Shown: one piece after another, positions 48,481-58,076 of the stretch
How positions within the stretch are numbered: the stretch's first letter is position 1
Layout of the letters: the number at the start of each line of letters is the position of its first letter
Source of the DNA: Candidatus Poribacteria bacterium
GTDB taxonomy: Bacteria > Poribacteria > WGA-4E > PCPOR2b
Direction: 5' to 3'
DNA length: 64,000 nucleotides
Assembly (NCBI GenBank): GCA_965218095.1
Contig: OZ244587.1
Location: 4,032,001-4,096,000, forward strand
Notes under the pieces: generated by a model
The model's database searches: none
Told to the model about the DNA's origin: nothing
What the model saw: the letters and a program-made list of their open reading frames with translations, nothing else
Position numbers and translations under genes: made by a program

Positions 48481-51147
48481 ATGACTATTCCTGCCAACAC
48501 CACTGAGCGCGACCGTTTTTTTACCCTCTCGCTGGATATGCTGTGTATCGCCGGTTTCGACGGTTACTTCAAGGAACTGAACCCAATGTGGGAAAAAACG
48601 CTCGGCTTCACAGTTGAGGAACTTAAAGCAAAGTCCTTCATCGAGTTTGTTCACCCTGAAGACCAGGAAGCGACAATTGCTGAAGCCCAGAAGGTCATGA
48701 CAACCGGCAAAGACGTCGTTTCCTTTGAAAATCGCTACCTGTGCAAAGACGGTTCGTATAAGTGGATCTTATGGAGTTCAACGGTATCCGTCGAAGAGCA
48801 GTTGTATTATGCCGTTGCACGAGACATTACCGAACGTAAGCAAGCAGAAGCCTACTACCGTGACCTGTACGAAAACGCGCCGGATATGATGGCAGTCGTT
48901 GATTTAGTTACCGGAAAGATTTTAGAATGTAACCAAACCCTTGCGGATGTTATAGGTCGCGGCAAAGAGGAGATTACGGGCAGTTCCTTCTTGGATCTGT
49001 ATGCCCCTGTCTCGAGAGAGGCTGCGCGACAAACGTCCTTGGCCTTCGTTGAAACAGGCAAAATTATCAGGCAGGAACGGATCCTTCGCCGGGCGGATGG
49101 CAGCACGATTGACGTGCTTCTGCAAGCGACACCGATGCGCGACGAAACCGGCAAGATTGTCGCGAGTCGGTCAACGTGGCGGGACGTCACCAAACAGAAG
49201 CAGACGGAAAAGGCACTGGCTTCCCAAGAAGCGCTCTATCGTACGCTCATTGAAGCAGCACCACAGGTAATTTGGGTTGCAGACGCTGATGGTCAGGTTA
49301 CCCTTCTAAACAAAGCCTGGCATGAATTTTCCGGGCGCACAGCGAAGGAATCATTAGGAACCCGGTGGGCAGAAGCATTGCACCCGGACGATCTTCCGGC
49401 GGTAATCGCAAAATGGAAATGCGCATACAAGCACGGCGAGACATACAGCGGTGAGTGCCGGTTTCGAGCCAAAGATGGTTCCTATCAAACTTTTATTTTT
49501 ATTGGCACCCCTGTTCGGGACAATTCGGGGAACATTATCAATTGGGTCGGTATTAACACTGACATCGCCGATCGGGTGAAAACTGAGATGGCATTGCAGG
49601 AAGCCAAAGAAGCCGCTGAGTACGCAAACCGCACCAAGAGCGAATTTCTCGCCACCATGAGTCACGAACTCCGCACGCCGTTAAACGCGATTATTGGATT
49701 TTCACAGATCCTGCGTGATGAAATCCTGGCCTCCATTACCAACGAGCAGAAAGAACTCGTTCTCGATATCCATACCAGTGGACAACACCTGCTCAACATG
49801 ATTAACGATATCCTGGATCTGTCAAAAATCGAGGCGGGTAAAATGGAGTTACAGATCGAGACCTTCTCCGTTGAGGAGGCGTTGGAAGAAGTCAATACGA
49901 TTATTAACACCCTCGCAAACCAAAAACAGATTCAACTCTCTCTTGAATTTGATCAAGATGTCACAATGGAAGCGGATAAGGTCAAGTTCAAGCAGATTCT
50001 CTACAATCTGCTTTCCAATGCCGTCAAGTTCACCAGTGAAGGCGGGGAGGTCACCACAAAATTTGAGGTTTCTGGTTCGGAGTTGTTGGGCCGTGTGACT
50101 GATACAGGCGTAGGCATTTCGCCGGCAGACCAGGAGAAGTTATTTCAACCCTTCACACAACTTGACGCTTCAAAGGGCCGCACACACAGCGGTACTGGCT
50201 TGGGACTTGCGTTGACCAGGCGACTGGTTGAATTGCATGGGGGAAAAATTTGGGTTGAGAGTGAGGAAGGAAAAGGGAGTATCTTCCTGTTCACATTCCC
50301 GTTACGCCAACAGGGGTATGCGGCTGAGGTGACTGCGCCAGAGACTGTGACCTCCGAAATCGCTTTGTCTCTTGGTAATAACCGCACCATCCTAGTTGCT
50401 GAAGACGACGAAGGTGCCGCACAACTTCTGGGAATTTATCTGACAGAGGCAGGCTATCAGGTGGAATATGCCACAGATGGGGAGGAGGCCATAGCCAAAG
50501 CCACGGAAATTCGTCCATTTGCAATTACTCTCGACGTTCTACTGCCGAAGAAAGATGGCTGGCAGGTTCTCAAGGAACTGAAAACGAGTCCAAATCTTCA
50601 ATCAATTCCGGCGATCATCGTTTCGGTGACAGAAGACCGTCAATTGGCGTTTGGACTAGGGGCGGTTGACTATCTGGTCAAACCAATTGATAAGGAAGCG
50701 CTTCTGGCTTCACTCGCATCCCTGAGACTGCCCGGGCGGGGTGGGGTGCCTCGCATCCTCATCGTCGATGACGATCCGCAGACAGTTCGATTGTTATCCA
50801 CTGTGCTGACGCATGAGGGATATGAGGTGCTCAAAGCCTATAGTGGAGATGAAGCGATTGAAAAAGGGATCTGTCAATCGCCTGATCTGATCATTCTTGA
50901 CATGATGATGCCTCAGATGGATGGCTTCCAGGTCATTAAGCGTCTAGCCAGCCACCCACAAGCCTGTGAGATTCCAATTATTATCTGCACGGCGATGGAC
51001 CTCAGCGACGAAGAGAAAGATCGGCTCAATGGTCAAATTCAGTCAATTATTCAAAAGACCGGGCGTGTCAAAGAAGAATTGTTAGCGGCGATTAGAAGGA
51101 TCGAGCGTTTTCGAGCGCTAACACAGAAAGAGGAGGTCCACGCATGA
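48481..51147 (+). CDS. Cytoplasmic hybrid histidine kinase (3 PAS, HisKA, HATPase, 2 REC)
   Basis: MSHELRTPL, NLLSNAVKFT, DTGVGI, GTGLGL; two receiver domains. Confidence 0.95.
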   Translation: MTIPANTTERDRFFTLSLDMLCIAGFDGYFKELNPMWEKTLGFTVEELKAKSFIEFVHPEDQEATIAEAQKVMTTGKDVVSFENRYLCKDGSYKWILWSSTVSVEEQLYYAVARDITERKQAEAYYRDLYENAPDMMAVVDLVTGKILECNQTLADVIGRGKEEITGSSFLDLYAPVSREAARQTSLAFVETGKIIRQERILRRADGSTIDVLLQATPMRDETGKIVASRSTWRDVTKQKQTEKALASQEALYRTLIEAAPQVIWVADADGQVTLLNKAWHEFSGRTAKESLGTRWAEALHPDDLPAVIAKWKCAYKHGETYSGECRFRAKDGSYQTFIFIGTPVRDNSGNIINWVGINTDIADRVKTEMALQEAKEAAEYANRTKSEFLATMSHELRTPLNAIIGFSQILRDEILASITNEQKELVLDIHTSGQHLLNMINDILDLSKIEAGKMELQIETFSVEEALEEVNTIINTLANQKQIQLSLEFDQDVTMEADKVKFKQILYNLLSNAVKFTSEGGEVTTKFEVSGSELLGRVTDTGVGISPADQEKLFQPFTQLDASKGRTHSGTGLGLALTRRLVELHGGKIWVESEEGKGSIFLFTFPLRQQGYAAEVTAPETVTSEIALSLGNNRTILVAEDDEGAAQLLGIYLTEAGYQVEYATDGEEAIAKATEIRPFAITLDVLLPKKDGWQVLKELKTSPNLQSIPAIIVSVTEDRQLAFGLGAVDYLVKPIDKEALLASLASLRLPGRGGVPRILIVDDDPQTVRLLSTVLTHEGYEVLKAYSGDEAIEKGICQSPDLIILDMMMPQMDGFQVIKRLASHPQACEIPIIICTAMDLSDEEKDRLNGQIQSIIQKTGRVKEELLAAIRRIERFRALTQKEEVHA

Positions 51148-51515
51148 GCGCCAAACGGATTTTAGTAGTCGAGGACATAGAAATGAATCGAAAGGTTGTG
51201 CGAATTGTACTAAAGGCGAAGGGGTACGAAGTGCTTGAAGCGGCTAATGCGGAAGAGGCGCTCGCGATATTACAAGCAGAGCCGCCGGATCTGATTCTGA
51301 TGGATATCGCCCTTCCCGGCATAGGTGGGGCAGACTTAACCCGGCAGATTAAAGCCAGCCCCCAATGGCGTCATCTGCCAATCATTGCTTTAACCGCTTC
51401 GGCGATGAAAGGCGATCGGGAGCAGTTCCTCAACGCAGGCTGTGATGATTATATCAGCAAGCCAGTGGATACCCGCGCACTTGTAGAGTTGGTCGCACAG
51501 TATGTTTCACCATAG
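51144..51515 (+). CDS. Single-domain response regulator (DivK-like)
   Basis: VVED, LMDIALP, ALTA, SKP. Confidence 0.92.
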   Translation: MSAKRILVVEDIEMNRKVVRIVLKAKGYEVLEAANAEEALAILQAEPPDLILMDIALPGIGGADLTRQIKASPQWRHLPIIALTASAMKGDREQFLNAGCDDYISKPVDTRALVELVAQYVSP

Positions 51516-51571
51516 TGTTGAAGGATTTTGGCGTTCAGGGTACCAGTAGTAGTTTCTGTTGATTAAAGTTA

Positions 51572-51601
51572 TTGACTTCCGGTCAAATGCGGTGATAAAC
51601 T
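51572..51601 (+). promoter_or_regulatory. Sigma70-like promoter
   Basis: TTGACT-18 bp-TAAACT with extended TG. Confidence 0.5.
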
Positions 51602-51628
51602 GTCTCAATTTCAAGCAGGGAGTAGATT

Positions 51629-51967
51629 ATGGAGATTTCAGTCAAGTATCAAAAAGACAACGCCATCCTCAGAGTTTCCGGTAGTATTCTTGGTGATGAT
51701 CGAATCAAGTTGAACGAGAAGATTCAGGGATTGGTTGATGGAGGCGCCAAAAACATCCTGCTGAATCTCAAGGATGTTGGATTGATGGATAGTGTGGGGT
51801 TAGGAATGCTGGTTGCGTTGCGTGCTTCGTTGATACGGCGTGAGGTGCGGCTTGTGCTCTCAAACGTTGACAAATCTGTCAAATCACTATTACTCATTAC
51901 CAAGCTCAATAATGTTTTCGATCTGTACGATACCGAAGATAAGGCGTTAGCTGATCTGTCATCATAA
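51629..51967 (+). CDS. STAS anti-anti-sigma factor
   Basis: LMDSVGLG. Confidence 0.92.
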   Translation: MEISVKYQKDNAILRVSGSILGDDRIKLNEKIQGLVDGGAKNILLNLKDVGLMDSVGLGMLVALRASLIRREVRLVLSNVDKSVKSLLLITKLNNVFDLYDTEDKALADLSS

Positions 51968-52000
51968 AATGTGTTGCGTTTCCGTAAAGGAATGAGAAAA

Positions 52001-53188
52001 ATGGATGAGCATTCTAGCCCCAAAATCCTTGTCGTCGATGACGAGCCGAAAAACATCCGAGTGCTTCAAATCCAACTTAAAGCGAATGGATACACAGTTC
52101 TCACGGCGACCAGCGGTCAAGAGGCGCTTGAACAGGTCAAGGCTGATGTGCCCGATCTGATTCTGCTCGATATTATGATGCCGAAAATGGATGGATTTGA
52201 GGTCTGCCGGCGAATTCGTGGGGATGAGTCTACGCAATTCATCCCGGTGGTGATGGTGACAGCGCTCTCAGACAAGGAGGATCGGATTAAAGCGATTGAG
52301 GTGGGTGCGGACGATTTTATCTCCAAGCCATTTGACAGCCATGAAGCGCTTGCGCGTGTCCGTTCATTAGTGCGTATCAAACAATACCACGATGATCTCG
52401 GACAAGCCTACCAGGAGCTCCGGGCGCATAATGCTCGTTTGGAAGAAGAGTTACAGATGGCGCGTGAGGTCCAGGATAGCTTGATGCCTCAAGGAATCAC
52501 TGATTTATTGGGATTCCGGATTGTTTCACACTATACACCCGCAATCATCGTGGGAGGGGATTTCTTCGATTTGTGGGAGGTTGAACGGGCGCGATTAGGA
52601 GTCTTCATCTCCGATGTGATGGGCCATGGGGTTTCCGCTGCCTTCATCACTGTATTCATTAAGACGATTGTCGAGGAGATGAGCACCCGAACAGATGATC
52701 CTGGCCACTTACTAAAAGAGTTAAACGCACGTTTCAACAAGATGATTAGCTCTCAGCAATATATGTTCGCGACAGCGTTCTGCGCCATTCTAGATCATTC
52801 CAACCAAACACTCCAGTATGCAAACGCGGGACATCCCCATCCATTCTTAGTCCAACGTCGGCGCAATATTTGTGAACCCATCGGAAATCAGTCCATCGGA
52901 AAAGGATTAGGACTCCTTCCAGACTCAACATATCAAACAGTCCATTGCCCTTTCGATCCATCGGATGGGTTATTTCTTTATACCGACGGTGCCTATGAAC
53001 TCCAAAATTCAGATGGGGAAGAATTTACCCCCCAGGGGCTTCAGAACGTCATTACGCAACAGATGTCTCAACCCGCGCCCGTCCTCGTCGAAAGCGTCCT
53101 TGACGCAACCAATCAATTCAGTGACGGAAGACCGAAAGACGACGATATTACGATTGTCGCCATTGATGGATGTGCACCAAGGTGGTAA
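52001..53188 (+). CDS. REC-PP2C phosphatase
   Basis: N-terminal receiver; VGGDFFD, SDVMGHG, NAGH, YTDG, DDIT. Confidence 0.92.
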   Translation: MDEHSSPKILVVDDEPKNIRVLQIQLKANGYTVLTATSGQEALEQVKADVPDLILLDIMMPKMDGFEVCRRIRGDESTQFIPVVMVTALSDKEDRIKAIEVGADDFISKPFDSHEALARVRSLVRIKQYHDDLGQAYQELRAHNARLEEELQMAREVQDSLMPQGITDLLGFRIVSHYTPAIIVGGDFFDLWEVERARLGVFISDVMGHGVSAAFITVFIKTIVEEMSTRTDDPGHLLKELNARFNKMISSQQYMFATAFCAILDHSNQTLQYANAGHPHPFLVQRRRNICEPIGNQSIGKGLGLLPDSTYQTVHCPFDPSDGLFLYTDGAYELQNSDGEEFTPQGLQNVITQQMSQPAPVLVESVLDATNQFSDGRPKDDDITIVAIDGCAPRW

Positions 53189-53301
53189 TCCGGGAAATGT
53201 GGGAGCCGGTGGGCGAAGGATTGACAATCGACAAAAAGCACCGTTGCGTTCAGCTTATCCTTGAGTGCTGCAAGGTGATAGTCGTCACGGAGGGTTACGG
53301 G

Positions 53302-53643
53302 TTAGAAATTGGAAAGTGCGCTATCTTCTGAGTCATAAATTTCAACAATGCTAGAAGCCCCGATTAAATCAAAGGTCCGCCTGATATTATCGGCCAGACC
53401 GAAAACCTTGAGATCTCCATCTTTGAGACGAAGCTGTTTCGCAGTACCAGCTAAGGCGCCGATAGCCACACTGTTGATATGCTGAACCTGACTCAAATTC
53501 ACAACAATCTTCTGAATGTTTCGACCGACAAGATCTGCGAGGGTTTTGCGTAACTCAGCAACCGCGTAGCTTCCCAAGTATTCGTTGACATCAATAATTG
53601 TGACATCTGCGCTTTGGCGGATGCACATCAATTCTTCTGGCAT
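53302..53643 (-). CDS. STAS anti-anti-sigma factor
   Basis: HINSVAIG (Ser58), GDLKVFGL. Confidence 0.88.
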   Translation of the reverse strand: MPEELMCIRQSADVTIIDVNEYLGSYAVAELRKTLADLVGRNIQKIVVNLSQVQHINSVAIGALAGTAKQLRLKDGDLKVFGLADNIRRTFDLIGASSIVEIYDSEDSALSNF

Positions 53644-53816
53644 AAGATTTCTACCTCTCTACAATGATTTGACAGAAAGTGTATTCGTCATGTCTATGTT
53701 GGACAGCTTTCGCTCGTATGCCATCGCAGGACGTTGACTCAAAACCTGCTCTCCTTTATGGGATCGGGTGAATCCAGTAGTTGAGCGCCTCACATCTAAC
53801 ATGGAGGAGGAGCCAA

Positions 53817-54257
53817 GTGAAGCAAACTATTGAGCAGGTCATTTGCCTGGATCTCCCTAGCTCATTGCAGTGGGTTCACCTCCTGCATGTTGTCATCTCA
53901 GAAATTCTTACGGAGACGCAGTTGGATGAAGAAACAAGCGATCAAGTGAATCTCGCAGTGATTGAAGCCGGTACCAATGCAATAAAACACGGGAATCAGG
54001 GAGATCCGGAGAAACGCGCTTACTTTGAATTCATTATTCATCCAGACAAGTTCACGATTGTCATCCAGGATCAAGGGCAAGGTTTTGACCGAGAGCAAGT
54101 TCCGAATCCGATGCATTCAGAAAATCTCTTCAAGAGTAGTGGCAGAGGGGTTTTTCTGATAGAATTGTGTATGGATGATGTCACTTATGAAAAGTCAGGC
54201 ACAACCATCAGGATGGTTAAAAAACTTAAAAAGAAGCCGTCAGATCATAAACAATAG
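53817..54257 (+). CDS. RsbW/SpoIIAB-like anti-sigma serine kinase
   Basis: EAGTNAIKHG, DQGQGFD, GRGVFLI; GTG start after GGAGGAG. Confidence 0.9.
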   Translation: MKQTIEQVICLDLPSSLQWVHLLHVVISEILTETQLDEETSDQVNLAVIEAGTNAIKHGNQGDPEKRAYFEFIIHPDKFTIVIQDQGQGFDREQVPNPMHSENLFKSSGRGVFLIELCMDDVTYEKSGTTIRMVKKLKKKPSDHKQ

Positions 54258-54289
54258 GCACAACTTCAACCCAATTTCTCGGAGCCACT

Positions 54290-54352
54290 TCAATTGGTTA
54301 TCAGCGCAGCAATGGCTTCATCTTCACTTGAGAGATGAACATTGAATTCCAT
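54290..54352 (-). pseudogene. Internally deleted STAS remnant
   Basis: AGGAG RBS then MEFNVHLSSEDEAIAALITN*; the tail matches SEDEAIAAL of the STAS at 45537. Confidence 0.65.
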
Positions 54353-54434
54353 TAGACGCTCTCCTATTCATTGACCCCGATTCTGCAAATCATATCCATT
54401 GCGTCAACCCGGGCTCCAAAAAGAAGTCCCTTTG

Positions 54435-54476
54435 GACGATGGTTTTACGATTGTCGCTATTGATTGGAACCCGTAA
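54435..54476 (+). pseudogene. PP2C C-terminal remnant
   Basis: DDGFTIVAIDWNP* versus DDDITIVAIDG at the end of 52001-53188. Confidence 0.5.
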
Positions 54477-54523
54477 GAGGAACGCGCGCTCGTAAAAACG
54501 GTCAATCGGAGACTTGACAACGG

Positions 54524-54986
54524 TCAAGAAGCGTTAGGCGGGGAAAGGTAGAAAACAACACGAACATCAGTTCCCCCGAAGGGAATTGGGCCATATTTCC
54601 AAATGATCGGAGAGCTTTTCGGTGAGATAGATGCCGTGTCCACGTTCGCTATCGGGAGTCATCTTCTGAGAGACTTCATCCAGCCGTCCCGTTGCCAACC
54701 AATTATCTCGCATTCTGTTCCCTTTGTCCCGAACATGGATTTCTAATTTACCTGAATCGAAAATGAGGGTCAAATCAATCCCTGAAGCAGGGCTTTCTGA
54801 GCCGTGTTCGATCGCATTACTACAAACTTCATCGAGAATAAGTTCGATGTCATAAATACGTGCCTGGCAAAACCCCAGTTGTTGCACCAATTGCCCGATA
54901 AATACCTGAATTGGATGGACATACTCAAGACGGCTAGGCACTTTGAGATCGAAAATTTCCTGTTCCGTTTTTTGCTCTCGAGTCAT
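54524..54986 (-). pseudogene. RsbW-like anti-sigma kinase with a frameshift near the C-terminus
   Basis: DEVCSNAIEHG, RDKG, RGHGIYL. The ORF stops at 54567, but FGGTDVRVVFYL continues in a shifted frame to 54524. Confidence 0.75.
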
Positions 54987-55127
54987 TCCAGAATACCAAC
55001 CTGACAAAGTTAAGGGCTTGGCGCGGAAATTATACTGTGATGCCTGTATGCCAAGCCCTGGAGAGGTTTGAAGCGTTTTTTGATGAAAGATTCAGCGCCT
55101 TACATCGCTGTCTGTCTAAATGGGGAT

Positions 55128-55469
55128 CTAGAAAGCGGCAAGTGCGCTACTTTCTGAGTCATAAATTTCGATAACGCTTGAGGCTCCTACCAAATCAAAG
55201 GTCCGTTTGAGGTTATCTGCTAGACTGTAAACTTTGAGATCCCCATCGCTCTGGCGCAGCCTTTTTGCAGCGCCAACCATCGCGCCAATGGCTGTACTAT
55301 TAATATGCTGGACTTGACCTAAATTCACAACAATCTTCTGAGTTCTTTGGTCAACCAATTCGTCAATTGCTTTTCGTAAATCGGCAGCCGCATAACTTCC
55401 GAGATCTTCGTTCACATCGACAATTTTGACATCCGCGCTTTCACGGATGGTCATGGATTCGTTTGCCAT
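55128..55469 (-). CDS. STAS anti-anti-sigma factor (paralogue of 53302-53643)
   Basis: HINSTAIG; ungapped 113-aa alignment, 77 identities by hand count. Confidence 0.9.
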   Translation of the reverse strand: MANESMTIRESADVKIVDVNEDLGSYAAADLRKAIDELVDQRTQKIVVNLGQVQHINSTAIGAMVGAAKRLRQSDGDLKVYSLADNLKRTFDLVGASSVIEIYDSESSALAAF

Positions 55470-56167
55470 AACAACTTTTTCTCCCAATCGTTAGAAATTA
55501 GTAAATCTGTATCGAAGCCTTATCCAGATGTGCCTTCTTGCTTGCGCTTTGAATGAAGCCCTCCTCAAGGATTTTCGTCTCATCTGGAATCAGTGGTAGT
55601 ATCTCATACCAAATCTGGATCAACCGGCTACTAATACGAAGACGGTATCGTCTATCACTGATCCTCGGAAAAGGGTTAGTAGTCTTTAGATTTGGAACTG
55701 GTATCAAAAGATATCAAGGTTTTATGTCCTTATGAACTTATAGCGAGTAAAATGCGCGCTTCTCCCGTCATCCTCAACGAAGTGAAGCATCTCTTGCACC
55801 TTAACGAGGAGATTCTTCGCTGCGCTCTATTAGACTTCCAAGAAACTACCCGCAATGAATTCTATTATATCCAAAGTATGGACAAAACACAAGCAGAATA
55901 TAGTAACCTCCGCGGAATTGAACTCCCTTCTTTTTTCCTGATTTCAGAAACATTTCCCCAAACAAGGTCCTTCCTTCCAGAAATGGAGCGGAGTCTAGCT
56001 AGGCACACCTTTGATCCGAGCTCCCTTTTGAATAAATTGTCGCACGACTCGAACTGTGTCCCATTGGGACTGAATTTCTCTCACTTGTGTGGTATAATAA
56101 CTTTGTTCAGGAAAACCGGTTAAGATTGAGAAAATATAGCCTTTACGGATGCCTTCAAGGATTGTTA

Positions 56168-56989
56168 ATGACGACGCTTCAGATTTTTCTTGTGATCTTT
56201 ATCATTTTTCTGGGTTGCCAGCCCACTGATGAAAAAACACAGCGAAAAGAAGAATTGAAACGTGAAGCGACCAAACTCCGGCTGGGGATGATGCTCACGC
56301 CAGAGGATGTGACAGGGTATCTGCAACTCGGTGAAGTCTACCACGAAATGGAGGAATATGAGAAAGCGATTGAGCAGTTCCGAGAGGCGCTGATACTCGA
56401 TGAGGAGAACGCGCGAGTGCATGACGCGCTCGGTTTAGTTTACACAGATCTGCAACTGACCGATCCGGCGATCAGGGCATTTCAAAAAGCGATCGAACTT
56501 GAACCCGATAATCCGACCTATCATAACAACCTTGGCTATACTTATGACACGGATGATCAGTTTGGCAAGGCACTCGAAGCATATCGCGCAGCTATCGAGG
56601 CAGATGCAATGTTCCAGGATGCATACTTCAATCTGGCTGCAGCTTATCATGCCCGTGAGCAATTTGAAGAAACTATCAAATATTACCAGCAAGCCATTGC
56701 TCTGGATGAAAACGATCCGGATGCCCATTATAACCTCGGAGACGTCTATCAAGAAACAGAGAAATTTGAACTGGCAATCCGTGCATACGAAAAATCGCGG
56801 TCACTTAACCCAAATGATCCGGAGGTTTACTACCAACTCGCGCGGATGTATCAAAAAAAGGGCGATTACCTCACGATGAAACGCTATGTTGAACTTTTCT
56901 TAGAACGCGCTGCGGATTTGCCACAATTCCAAGATGAGATTGAGACCGCTAAACAGATGCAGCGAGGCGAAAGTGCGGCGCACGAATAG
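56168..56989 (+). CDS. TPR-repeat lipoprotein
   Basis: Lipobox FLGC; about six TPR units (NNLG, FNLA, YNLG). Confidence 0.85.
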   Translation: MTTLQIFLVIFIIFLGCQPTDEKTQRKEELKREATKLRLGMMLTPEDVTGYLQLGEVYHEMEEYEKAIEQFREALILDEENARVHDALGLVYTDLQLTDPAIRAFQKAIELEPDNPTYHNNLGYTYDTDDQFGKALEAYRAAIEADAMFQDAYFNLAAAYHAREQFEETIKYYQQAIALDENDPDAHYNLGDVYQETEKFELAIRAYEKSRSLNPNDPEVYYQLARMYQKKGDYLTMKRYVELFLERAADLPQFQDEIETAKQMQRGESAAHE

Positions 56990-57101
56990 TGAAACTACCG
57001 ATACGGGTAAACGAGTTCAGGAGTTCATTTACGCATCAGACATTACGTTTCACGCATCACGCAATAGCCATCATGTATCACATAATTTTCCTTTTCAAAA
57101 A

Positions 57102-58067
57102 ATGAGCGAAAGAAAGTATATCATCGGCATTGATGGCGGTAGCACGAAAACAGTTGGACTTCTCGCAGATCTTGATCGAGTAATCCACGCGAAGGGCGAA
57201 TCAGGTCCCTCCAATTACCACGTCGTCGGAGAGGCGCAAACCAAAAGGGTACTGGCCGATCTGATCTTGCAGTTACTGGATGGGGCGAACACCACGCTAG
57301 AGAATTGCGCTGGTTTCTGCCTGGGGATGGCAGGGCTCGCACGCCCGGCGGATCAAGAAGTAATTGGGCAGATTTGCGATGAGATTGGTATCGGCAGAAG
57401 CCGTATTCTGACGCATGATGCACAGATTGCGTTGGTGGGTGGAGCTGGTAAGTTGACCGAAGGGAAATCCCACGTAGCGGGGCTAGAGGGAATCATCGTG
57501 ATTGCCGGGACAGGTTCAATTGTCTACGGGGTCAATGCCGAAGGCAGTGAAGCACGCGCTGGTGGTTGGGGGCACCTACTCGGCGATGAAGGCAGCGGCT
57601 ATGATATCGCGCTGCGTGGACTTCGAGCAGTTGCACGGGCAGCAGATGGACGTGGCATCCCCACACAACTGACCTATCTGATGCTAGACGAAATCGGGTT
57701 GAAACAACCAAGCGATCTCATACGCTGGGTCTACACTGCGAGCAAAGATCGGGTGGCCGGACTTGCACGGTGGGTTTTTATCGGCAGGGATGCCGGCGAT
57801 CGGGTCGCCCGACAGATTGTTGAATATGCTGCCGATGAGCTAACGCTCGCTGCCAAAGTTGTCATTGACCAATTGCGCTTCGATAATCAGTTTGATGTGG
57901 TTTTCAGCGGTGGAATTTTTGCGCATCAATCGGGATTTGTTGACCTGCTGCGGGCTCGCCTGCAAGCCGTTGCGCCAAAGGCGCAGATCGGTTTAGCCAA
58001 GCATGAGCCGGCTTATGGAGCAGTGTTGTTGGCAAAATCCATCCTGAAACAGAATGAAAACTGGTAA
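57102..58067 (+). CDS. BadF/BadG-family GlcNAc/MurNAc kinase (MurK-like)
   Basis: GIDGGSTKT, IAGTGS, GGWGHLLGDEGSG; adjacent to murQ. Confidence 0.9.
   Translation: MSERKYIIGIDGGSTKTVGLLADLDRVIHAKGESGPSNYHVVGEAQTKRVLADLILQLLDGANTTLENCAGFCLGMAGLARPADQEVIGQICDEIGIGRSRILTHDAQIALVGGAGKLTEGKSHVAGLEGIIVIAGTGSIVYGVNAEGSEARAGGWGHLLGDEGSGYDIALRGLRAVARAADGRGIPTQLTYLMLDEIGLKQPSDLIRWVYTASKDRVAGLARWVFIGRDAGDRVARQIVEYAADELTLAAKVVIDQLRFDNQFDVVFSGGIFAHQSGFVDLLRARLQAVAPKAQIGLAKHEPAYGAVLLAKSILKQNENW
57452..57482 (+). repeat. Double-hairpin mini-repeat inserted in frame in the kinase
   Basis: GTTGACCGAAGGGAAATCCCACGTAGCGGGG. Confidence 0.75.
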
Positions 58068-58076
58068 ACAGAAACA

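Noticed and set aside
55498-55707. RelE/ParE-like toxin remnant
   Set aside because: NPFP and YRLRI are suggestive but too weak, and there is no antitoxin.
55692-56123. 143-aa ORF
   Set aside because: Runs through a palindromic repeat, has a TTG start and no motif; probably spurious.
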